NCBI GenBank assembly: GCA_965645245.1
Contig: OZ287075.1
Location: 1,054,001-1,118,000 of the forward strand
Reading direction: 5' to 3'
Source: Massalongia carnosa
Lineage: Eukaryota
DNA: 64,000 nucleotides
The number at the start of each line of letters is the position of its first letter. Position 1 is the stretch's first letter. A program made the position numbers and the translations under genes. A model generated the notes under the pieces. That model made no database searches and was not told the origin of the DNA. It was given only the letters and a program-made list of their open reading frames with translations. This document shows, one piece after another, positions 49,527 through 60,437 of this stretch.

Positions 49527-51087
49527 TATTACCAATAAGTTTACAGGCTGATCGCCTTGATGCGCCCCTGTGGTTGTATCTAGGCGATAATCCATCAGCG
49601 CTTTGTATCTGAAAGTTATTCATTTAAGTCTGATGAATGAACGGGTAAGATATTCAACTCAAAATTACGGATAGTGAATGGGAAGAAAAATAAGGCGCCG
49701 CAAGAGATACTAGAATTAACAGTAGATGACAGAATTACACCCATTTAGACAAAACGATAAGAAGGGTTGAAAAAGGAAAGGAATGGCTGTTGTAGACACT
49801 GGCTGTGGTGACTACAAAGCGGAGATCTTGCAAAAATCCTTGTGCTTTTAGTACTTTTCTGCTGAACTCAGAGTTGCACGGCAAAGACTTTAAGACACAG
49901 TAGAGGAATGTGAGGAAGCTGAGAACACTGAATGAGCCACGCATACGCCAGGCAGGACGTCATCATCAGGTCTACAAATGCGGATCTCCATCGCTGGGCA
50001 AGCAATAGAAACTTGGAACGGCACTGTAGGACCTGCGATCTTCCGCTTCCGTGTGCTGGCACCTATGTTTGCTGGACAAGGGATTCATGCCTTCAGCGCA
50101 CATAGGGTTTGATTCACTCAATTTGCCTCTGCCAACTTCTTGTACGCATCAAACTAGCGTATTAACAATCCAAACGCAACGTCAACAAGAAACATAGCTT
50201 ACGGCAAGCAGGGAACTCGTAAAGTCACAAGATCATCACTTCACATAAGGCACCAAGAAGCATTTTGCCCACACGATAGGGACATAATAGAAAGAGATAG
50301 CATCAAAAAGGCCAAACAGGATAGCCGCCTAGAGACTAGGCAGACATAATACCTCTTTGGAGGATATGGGAGAACTGATGGACCACATTTCAATGAACTC
50401 ACCTGGTATGAAGTTGAGCCTGATGATTTAACTAGCGTATACTTGAGTTGAATCTTGTTTAAATAAGCACTGAGTATGTTCCACTGTGCTGACTTGAGCA
50501 ATTTCATCAGTAACGCAACATTTTCATTATATGGACATTTCCTTATGACTTGTAAGTCAGTTCTGGTTTCTTACATTTGCAAGTTCCAACTAGGATGGGC
50601 AAACATGTTTCTGGTTGACAGCATTCAATTGGAAAGGGTTGGGAAAGTGTCAGTACACCAAGACTGATTGTTTATGTTGAGGTAGATGTTTACCTATCCT
50701 CCTAGCCTATCTTATCAAGATAAATCTTTGAGGGAATGGTGAGAGCGCACGCGCCAGACAAGGTGTTTAGTTATCTAAAGTGCGGCTATACTTATCTAGG
50801 AACGCTAGGAAAGTAAGATGCCGCGGCTACGAAGTGGACTAGTGACAGACAACGGCCAACGCGGTACGGGCGGGTATGTACGATCTTTCTTCCCCGTCGA
50901 TGAGTCACGTGTGTAGATCTGTAACTGAGATGCCTCTGGGTACAGGCGAAGAAATGCAGCTAACCATCCTCCGCAATGGCAAGAGCATGAGTCTCCGGTT
51001 CCCAGCAAGTCTCCTATTCCAAAGACCCCCTCTGAATTGCGAAACGTCATCGTTCATAGCCACCCTGAAGTCCCACAACTAAAAACA

Positions 51088-53357
51088 ATGCAATCAAGTG
51101 TTGGAGACGATGATGATCGTGAAAGTGGAGGTACTAGAATGTACCCTTGGAATACGTGCCAAATCCTGATTGAATGCAGGTTCGCCGGAGGGCAGCTCAG
51201 ACAACGATCCAGACGGTCAGGGAGAAGACCGAGATGACATGGACATGGATGTAGATGGCGATCTTGATGGCGATGGGGAAGGTGATGGAGAAAATGATGA
51301 TGAAAATGAAGATAACGATGAGGACGATGAGGACGAGCAAGATCCAGAAGATAACCAGGACTCGTTTGGATATCCTCAGAATCGAGGACACGCCAAGCTG
51401 GTGGTAGCTTCCCATCATCCTCTAATTAGTAGTACATCGGAGTCTACGCAGAATTCGTCGGGATTGGAAGTGGCAGCTACTTCAGCCCCAACATCGCACC
51501 CGAACCCAGCAGTATTGCTGACATCTCCTTCGCCGTTACAACATCCTCCAGCTCCAACCAAAACCCCAATTGATCTCCCCAAAATCCGCCCAGAAATACT
51601 TACGGCCCCTGTTTATGATATTGTTCCTACCATTGCTGCACCACACAGTACGTCCATCAACGCGATCACTGCCACACCAGATCTTCGCTGGGTCTTTAGT
51701 GGAGGTGCAGATGGTTACATAAGGAAATTCAATTGGATAGAAACTGCCAATGGGAAGGCTATGCTGACCGTTGCTCAACGACATCCTTTCGTCGATAGCG
51801 TAACCAAAGCGGGCGTATTGATGAGTTATTGGGAGAATGAAGATTCCTATGGTATGTGGATTCTCGGTCTTAAATATAGGTTTGTTAACAAGTGATAATG
51901 CTAGGAAAACCATCCTCTGGTGATGATGGTTCTTCTTCGTCTGTGTATTCTCTTGCTGTCCACAGTGAAGGCTTGTGGCTTTTATCTGGCCTCGAATCTG
52001 GCGGTATCAATCTACAAGCAGTTCGTCATGATGAGGGGAAGTTGATTTGTTGCTTGCGAAAGCATACCTCGGCAGTATCTGTTCTTGATCTCGCTAAAGA
52101 TGAGAGATCCCTTTTGTCAGGAAGCTGGGATAAGAGCGTTCTTGATTGGGACTTGGACACCGGGGGAATAAAGCGCAGCTTTGAGGGAAGCGGGGGCCAG
52201 ATATCTGCGCTGGAAATGCGACCTCTATCTAGTTTGCCTGTCCCAGAGGCTTCAGGTGAAAAAGCTTACACTGGCGGTCTATTCTCTTCAGACGCCTCCA
52301 GAAACCCCCGCGCTAATGGGGCTTTTATTAACGGTGTTAATACCGATAGTCAACACGGATCACAGATTATGGATACGGACACTGGAGGAGACGCAGGATC
52401 GCCTGCAGACTCTCTATTTGGCGGGAACGATGCTGATTCTCTGTTTGGTGACAACGAAGGCGACACGGGAGCACCTTCAGGCGGCAATTTTGTACTCGAT
52501 GATGACAATGAATTTTCCCGAGTAATTGCGAATGGCATCCAGGAGCAAGAAAATGAAGATGCAGAAGCAGACTTGGGCGGGAGGAATGCTGGTGAAGAGA
52601 CTATAGCATTTACCATTAATGGGAATCTAGATTACAAGCCGACATCTGAAACCGGTATTTTGGGTGTTCCCAGCAGCGGTGGAGAAACGGAACCACCTTC
52701 TTTGGCGAATGGGCTGCCTCATGCGGAGGAATTGCCTCAGAAAGATCTTGTCGCTGGTTCTTCAACATCTAGTATGTCAAACCTAGCGTCCGCTTCTGAC
52801 TCTACATTTCTAGCAGCCTCAATTGACGGGGGTCTCCGCGTATGGGACAAACGCCAGTCCACGGCCATTGCCAAGATCACTCCACAAAATGTGCCCCCTT
52901 GGTGCATGAACGCTTGCTGGTCACCCGACGGAAACTTCATCTATGCAGGTAGACGAAACGGTACCGTCGATGAATATAGCTTGCACAAAGGACTTCGCCA
53001 GGTGGAGCGAAGCTTAAAACTGCCCAATGGCAGTGGGCCGGTGAGCGCAGTTCGTGCAATGCCCAATGGGCGACATCTTGTCTGGTGAGTTCTCCAAAAC
53101 CTTGGATTGGTGACAATGTTCTTACCCTGGACAGCGCATCTTATGATATCTTACGATTGTACGATCTCCAGCAACAGCAGACCTTCAAACACTCTGCGGT
53201 TCCGTTTCTCATTGTTCCTGGCCATCGCACTGGTGTCGTGTCACAGCTATACATTGACCCAACCTGCCGATACATGATCTCCACTGCTGGAAATCGTGGC
53301 TGGGAAGGAGGTTCTACAGAAGTCCTCTTAGGATATGAGATTGGAGTTGGGAAATAG
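51088..53357 (+). CDS. SPT8: SAGA complex WD40 subunit Spt8; four exons (51088-51130, 51180-51851, ~51905-53085, ~53134-53357)
   Basis: Acidic N-terminus, YDIVPTIAAPH, LTVAQRHPFVDSV...LMSYWENE, WD40 repeats (LLSGSWDKSVLDWD), PPWCMNACWS, PFLIVPGH, STAGNRGW. Confidence 0.92.
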
Positions 53358-54156
53358 GAAGAAGGACTCAAGATAGTTAGTATTATGGTTAGAATCTGGG
53401 AGAGTTGGGTTTCCGAGCGTCATGAGCGGTGGAGGTGCTTTAGAGCTGAATAGATAATACCCAGGCGTCATTTCAAAATCTTTAAAGGTAGTGTTAGAAG
53501 CTATCTCATATCAGGAACTCATCTTTGATGGCGTTGCGAGTTTTTTCTGCCTATTCTTATCTCATCTCAAGTCGCGTCATGCATCATGATTGTGATGCTA
53601 GTTTTCTCTTATGAGATCGCGTCCCAAGATGGCATTCAAAAATCCAACATTTCGCCAGATGGAGCCAAGTTCACGGCAAGCACATATAGATGAAATCTGC
53701 TATGCTCTTTTCTTCGGGAATGGTAAAGTATCGGGTGATAATCATCTGTAATGGCATCTATAGCTCTCCAGACCTTCCGGAATTTTCCATCACATCAACA
53801 CTTTTCATCAAGTCAGCTTAGCAACAGGTTTTAGAAAGTTGACTCTATCTTGCTTTGCCGTGTCATAAATCAACAACTACAGACTTAGGTTACATCTTGC
53901 TCAATCAGGCGTTTTTCCTCGTGAGGAAAGTTCCGCTAGATCTTCATTGTTTCGCATTTGCTATTGTGGTCATTCCTAGCGTTTCGAATCAGTGAAGAAC
54001 AACCCGTGGTATACCGGCTCGTGAGACCGCATACTACCTATTCACACAGTTATTTCAATACGTTGACTGTTTTTGCGTATAGCGGTACATGTGTCAGTCG
54101 CTAACATTTCCATCCAATGTAGAAACTCCAATTCAAAACACCGCCATCCGATAAAG

Positions 54157-56418
54157 ATGCCTCAGATTCGGGACCTCACTGTTTGCGTCACAGATGTTGC
54201 GGGGCGGAACCTGCAAGAATGGGGTGTTCAGCATCTTCGAAGCCAGAACAAAGTTTCGGCATACATCCAGTCAAGTACCGACATGGGTTTCAGGATTACC
54301 ATTCAACCAAACCTACCAATTCAAGATCCAAGGTTCTCCCCAGCTCACCCGCTTGTATCGGATACAGTTGTAAAGGATGAGCGCAGGATCCCAGCCATGG
54401 ATGGCAACTCTCCAGGCAAGTCGCTCCTTTAAATTCCGATTTATCACATGACAAGATGCAGAGATTGATCCAAGAGCTGACTATTAGCAACACTCTATCG
54501 ATAGGCACATTAGGCTCATTCCTGAAATATGGAGACCAAGTCACATCAGGGCTCTCGACGCAGTCAGATGATGGCTACATTGATAGATATTATCCTAGAC
54601 GATGGCCTCGCCCATCATATCAAACGCTCTCGCCCCCAATCCGTCCGCAAGTAAGATCGCTCGATATCACTCCGCCGCCATACCACTTTCTGGCTTCGCT
54701 ATTTCTAGATGGTCGTCAAAAAGCTGAGCGTAGAATCGTAGTGTACCTTGACCCGAAGGATGAGGACTTCTCACCACCAAATGGTAAGGTCAAATTCAAA
54801 AGCCGTTGGGTGCAAGGGAGCGACGGTGCCATGAGGGAACATTCTTGGGTCTTTAAAGACGTAGGCATAGAGACAGTTTTCGACAAGATGCTGATCAACG
54901 GAGAACGAAATAGCGCTGGTGAACTGGCAGAACAAGACGAAGATACCATGATTGCTGCAATGAATGCAACTGAACTTGGAGCGGGAGGAAACTCACAAAA
55001 AGATGAGAAGAGCGGTATTGGACAGATCCTTGTGGTAATACAAAGAGTAATTCTTGGTAATAAGTGGATCGAGCCAAACTATCGCTCGAAGCATCAGGAA
55101 GGTGAGGCAGAAGATGTTGATATGGACGGTATCAAGAATGAAATAACTCATTCGGCAGGGTAAGTACAATTGTGACTTCTCTTCCAAAGTATTGGGTTCT
55201 AAGATCTTCAGGTTGACCCATACTGCAACACTACCATTGAAACCTATTCGAGTTGTTAATTATTGGCCTTACAAAGAGGGAGAAGAACCGTTTGCGACTT
55301 TCCAATTCTTTTATAGAAGCCGGGGTAAACCGATCGTACTTTCTACCATACCCCTGTTCTAATACCACTCTCTAGAAACGCTCGAGAAGTTCAGCTTCCC
55401 GAGCTTTCCTCGACTTAACAACCGGACTATTAAACCCGTGCGCTTTATGGAAGATAGGTTCTCTAATGTCACTCCTCTTAGTATTGCTCGTCCAATACCT
55501 TCGTCAAAACGTAAATTTAGATCGTTTGAAGAAAATATCAAGGCAGGAACTTGGGATAAATCTGACCCAAAATATAAGTTCAGTGAAGGTCATCGAGAAC
55601 TAGCAGTGGTAAAGATACATCCACCATCATTGGCAAAGCGTCGTCAGTCACGCTCCGCCGCCTCCACCCTTCACTCAACCAAATCAACTTTAACGAATTC
55701 AACCCTGCGTCATACTAAGGAGCTGCAAAGTTCTCAAACATCTGAGGAGCAAGATTTCGATTCGGATGAGGTTAATGCTAACCGACCATCCCATTCAACC
55801 TTGTCCAAGGTCAGCATACCCAAGAGCACAACCTCCATCTTCACGTCCTCTAGCTGCGGCGCATTAGCATTCGCAAAAAACAACTCGTCCTCCTCCATCC
55901 CCTCTAACCTGTCCAACGGCTCAGACCCAACCAGAACGCAAGGCTCCTCCCCAACTTTATCCTCGGATTTGGACGGCATACATAAAAAGGCCCTGGCGGA
56001 ACTTAACAAGTTCTGTAAAGAGAAGTATCGCAAATACGGCCAAGCCAGCGATGCCGACGACGAGCGCGAAGATTCTGACGCAGAGACTCTTCTGGGAGCT
56101 AAGAAGGATGAAATGGACGACGAAATCTCCTTCCTGGACAAAGAGAAGCTTACTCCGAATCCAAATCAAGATGATCAAGGTCTACACATGGAGCTGCGGG
56201 ATATGCTGTGCATCCGCAACAAAAAACGGCGCATTAGCCTTCCCACAAGCGACGAGCATAGCGAAGAGGGCTCTTCTGCTGTGTCGTTGGATAAGGGGAA
56301 AAAAATCAAGCTGAACTCGCCAAAATCTTCACCAGCACCTGCAGTAACCACCGCGATTGCACTAGGTGTTTTGCAAGACTCAAAAGAAGAGGATAGCGCG
56401 GTAAATCCTACGGCATAG
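54157..56418 (+). CDS. Uncharacterised fungal protein (DUF7918-like), four exons (54157-54415, ~54505-55159, 55212-55324, 55376-56418)
   Basis: LQEWGVQHLR...VSAYIQS...FRITIQP, FLASLFLDGR, WVFKDVGIE, GQILVVIQRV, PFATFQFFYRS. Splice phases are consistent if intron 1 uses a GC donor. Confidence 0.72.
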
Positions 56419-57506
56419 GAGTAGATTTATAGAGCGATTCATGTGCGCGCGTTTAGCTGAGTTTCACTCTTTTGAAGGCGGGCCGCAAAATGCGGTGAGC
56501 GCATTTATTGGAGATTTACAGGAAGCGCAGGAAGTAAGCAGCAGTCTGTAGATGCGAAGAGCGATGGTGAATGTGATAGAGATGGAACGAGAGGGATACG
56601 AATTCTGTTTCACGCTTTCAAGCATTCCATCGCGGATGTCTAATACTTCCTCTCTGCATCTAGCATAGTCAGACAAGCAATAGTTTGCAAAGACTACACA
56701 GTTCAAAATCAAGCATTTATTCTTCATCTTCCGATCGTCCTTTTTAGACTTAAAAGAACCGCATTTTACGGGGCCAAAAAGGCCATATCCAAACAGTAAT
56801 TACTACTCGTCCTCTTCCATTTCCCTTTAGTACTTAGTAATCCCTCTCCAAACCTACCGCTTTGAATTCTCCTACTACCTCGTTTCTGTTTCCGAAGATC
56901 AGGAAGCTAAAATACAGCCGGGACGACCGAACGATTATTATATCCCGCCTCTAGGCGGCGATAAAGGTTTCAAAAACGCAATGTGAGAACGATCAACTGA
57001 GGCAAGAAGTCGAGAAATCCAAGAACTGGTAGTAATATCATCAATCATATAACTAGTGTGGAGCCCATGATGAGGGGGATTAGACGATATTTGGAACGAG
57101 AAGCCAGAAATTCGACCGTTATAGAATATTTTTCTCCTTAACCTGTAATTAACTAGTATTGTTCGGTAACATTAAGACTGCTCCTTTTTGCACCCCTGAA
57201 TAAGCTGGTGTCCGTGCGTTTATAGCGTCTTATTCGCGGCTACAATAAGAAGCTATTGACAAGTCTTAATCAGTTAGTATGTTGATGTCATCGTGGGGTA
57301 GATTGTCGAAGAAAATGAATTAATAGCAATCACACTAAAGGCTACTGATGATAATAAGCCTATTGAGGCTTAGCTTACTTAGTTCTACGCATAAACTGAT
57401 AGAGTTTGATGCTTCCTAGATAGAAAACAGCATACTGCTGTTATGATATACTCCAACATAGATACTGGTCTTCGTTTTTCAGTATATTTCTTCTAATTTT
57501 GCCGTC

Positions 57507-58415
57507 ATGCCTTCGAGACTCAAATGGAATCACTTAATGAAGGAGATCCTCTTTGAGACTTCATGTTGAGGAGGTGGATAAGGAGTTGCGAGTCGACTCA
57601 GGATATAAAAGAGATGCCTGGACTGCTGTAGAAATGGCGATGAAAACTCGACTCAATCATCGCATCAATTGATCAGTTGAAGAATAAGCATGATACCTTC
57701 AAGATCAAGTACAAAACTTGATATCATCTAGCCAACCAATCTGATTTCGGTAGAGATCCACATACCAATGCTGTCACCGCACCCGACGAGGTATGAGATC
57801 GATATCTAGACAAACATCCCAAGGCCAAGGAGTTTCGAACCTACGCAAAACCAATTAGATATAAGGCTTTGTTGAACACGCTGTTCTTTGACGTTCTGAC
57901 TACTGGCGAGGAAGCTGTAGATAAATGATTTTGATGAAGGCGAAGCTAAAGATATGTTGAATGAGAAGGAAGACGCCCTGAATCCACGGCTTCGATTAGC
58001 AGCTGTCGATAACTTGTATGATGAAGAACAGTCATTCTCACAGTCTTCCAACCCTATTTCTTAGTCGTTATCTGCCGCGTCGTCGGTATCCTCTCTCAGA
58101 AAACGTGCTGGAATCACTTCTGCATCAGGCCCATCTGAAGGTCTCAAACGAATCAGAAAGACCGGCTCTGAGCATCTTGCTGAGGCGATCAAATTTCTAT
58201 CAACCACGAACGAGCAGCAGACATCACAAGTATTGAAAGATAAGAATGTTGAGACCCCAATAGAGCGAGCTTTGGGCGTGTTCTTTCCAGCATTTGAGGA
58301 TCTGAATATGGAGGATCAGATTCGAATGACGGAGGTGTTTGAAGACGAGACGAAAGCTCGTATCTTTCTAAGTTTGACGATTTCAACCTTCAGACGTCGA
58401 TGGGTGGAAAGGTAG
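57507..58415 (+). pseudogene. Harbinger Myb/SANT-like DNA-binding protein, disrupted
   Basis: MPSRLKWNHLMKEILFE...GYKRDAWTAVEMAM...QLKNKHDTFK...EV*DRYLDKHPKAKEF...RRRWVER, with frameshifts and W-to-TGA stops. Confidence 0.75.
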
Positions 58416-58537
58416 TTGGAAAAATTACAGGAAGAAATAAAGAAGAGTTCATAGGATTTTATTTTAAGTAGTTGAATAACGTCTACATATGAAGCACTTT
58501 CTCGACTCAATGCATCAGGTTATCACTGAAATCTGAT

Positions 58538-59716
58538 CTATTCCATGGAAGTAGCAATATCCTCTCGTTTGGCGTTTATGAATTTACTATCTTTTTCAAG
58601 ATGATTTGAACTTTCATCTTCTTCATCTTTATTTTCGACGTCGTTTGATGCTTCTTCAGACGTTATCTCGTTGTTTATGTCATCAGATATACCATTATTA
58701 TGATGATGAATGAAGTTATTCAACGCCGTCAACGCATATATCAGTCCTACTTGTGTGCGCATAGGATGCTCCGAAGCAGTTTGCAGTATTCGAAATCTTC
58801 GTTTTATGACGCCAAACAGTCGTTCAATGACATTTCTTAGCGACGAATGACGAAGATTAAACAGCTCTTGCTTGATCTGTGGTTTCGATGCCTGCTGTGC
58901 CTGTTCTTTGAGATGATATCTGACGCCCCGATAGGGGACCAAAGTCATGAGAGTGTTCGAGTATCCAGCGTCGGCGAGATAGTATTTGCCTGACTGGGCG
59001 ATAAATCCTTTGTTGATGACATCATTCAAGACTCTTCCATCATGAGCAGTTCCCTCCCATCCAGCAAGTATATAAACGAAATACATATCCATATCGCACG
59101 CAGCTAATACATTTTAAGATATACAGCCTTTGCGATTCCTCCAAGCGGCCTGTTTCGATAATGGAACAAAAGCTGATATATGAGAACCATCCAACGCCCC
59201 AATACAATCCTTGAAGAAGGGATAATATTTTGGATTTCCAGCTATACGAGACGACAATGAAGTATTCGACTGAGGCATCTTTACAGTACGTTTATGCAGC
59301 GTGATTGCATACAAGACCTCTTTAAAGACTCTATTGACGGTATCGAGACTGTGCCCGAACCATTCAGATATCAAACGATACGAAACATCTTGACCGACGT
59401 AGACGAGAAACATAGTTAACTTTTCAGTCGCATCAATCCATCTAGTTGATCCCAAATTGGTATTTTTTAATAATCAGTCCAATAGCGCATCAAAGATCTC
59501 GAGACGCATTCGTAGCATGTTAAAAATACGACGATGATGATCAGTAAGTAAACTCGTCGTATATTCTTTGCCTCTATTCGACTCATGCTGAGTAGTCAGA
59601 ATTAGATTGGGAACAATTCTCATCAAGATTAAATTGATAACCGTCGCTGTTTGCGATCGTCGCTGCAAGCAGTGTTCCATATTTAAAAGACATACAATCG
59701 TCGAATATAGAGGCAA
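58538..59716 (-). pseudogene. HARBI1/DDE_Tnp_4-type transposase, disrupted by in-frame stops
   Basis: FKDCIGALDGSHI, LAGWEGTAHDGRVL, YYLADAGY, FNLRHSSLRNVIERLFGVIKRRF. Three ORF pieces in the same frame are separated by TGA (59476-59474) and TAA (59116-59114). Confidence 0.92.
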
Positions 59717-60437
59717 ATAGAACCCTCCTTAATAAAAAAAGGACCTCGCGACCACCTTTTTTGGCCCCCCTGCAACAATCCCTGCAGACCCTTTGCAATA
59801 TACCAATTAACTATAGAACTTGCCGCGAAGGAGACTCCTCAAAAAATAAGGAGGGAGGCCGGAAGGCTTTTTTCATTATAAGGAGGTTCCATCTTTTCAA
59901 GAAGGAGGCTCTTTATTGACAATAAGGAGGTTACCGAACGGGGCCTAAACAGCCAGTTTTTATCTCCCGGGCTGTTCAAAAAAGAGAGAAATAACCTTAG
60001 ATAGGACTAGTTCGGTATCTTGATATTTTTGTCCACGCAATCCTCACTCACCACCATGGTCATAAACATAACCTCATGTTAAGAACCCGTTCGACATGCA
60101 AGAAAGTGTGTGTCTTCTCGCTTTGCTATCTCTTGCTTATGTTGGAGAACAACAACAGCAATGGATAACGAGAAATCCTTCTCTTGTGGTAAAAAATAGT
60201 TCTATCCCCCTTATCTCCCCCGCCCTGTTCTTTTTCAACCCCAATGTAAAATGCATCATGCAAGCTGAACCTAGTCATACAACTACACTGAAAAAATCCA
60301 AAGATGCTGTTCTGGCATCGTCGGTATGCTGAGGTCAACAACAATGGCTTGACAAAAGCAAGAGTTTCACTCAGACCCCTATCCCCGCTCCCAAAAAACA
60401 AATAAACAACAATGTATGCATGTATAACTCCCACTGC

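Larger units (their letters stand above)
57155..59945. mobile_element. Degenerate PIF/Harbinger DNA transposon (convergent Myb/SANT ORF and DDE transposase)
   Basis: Right end GTTACCGAACGGGGCC|TAA (59930-59948). Left core GTTCGGTAAC (57161-57170) is its reverse complement with a decayed outer part. Subterminal (AAT)AAGGAGG repeats at ~59845-59930. Two-ORF layout typical of Harbingers. Confidence 0.85.

Noticed and set aside
59845..59930. Repeated TAAGGAGG resembling Shine-Dalgarno sites
   Set aside because: Eukaryotic context next to a TIR; better explained as transposon subterminal repeats.
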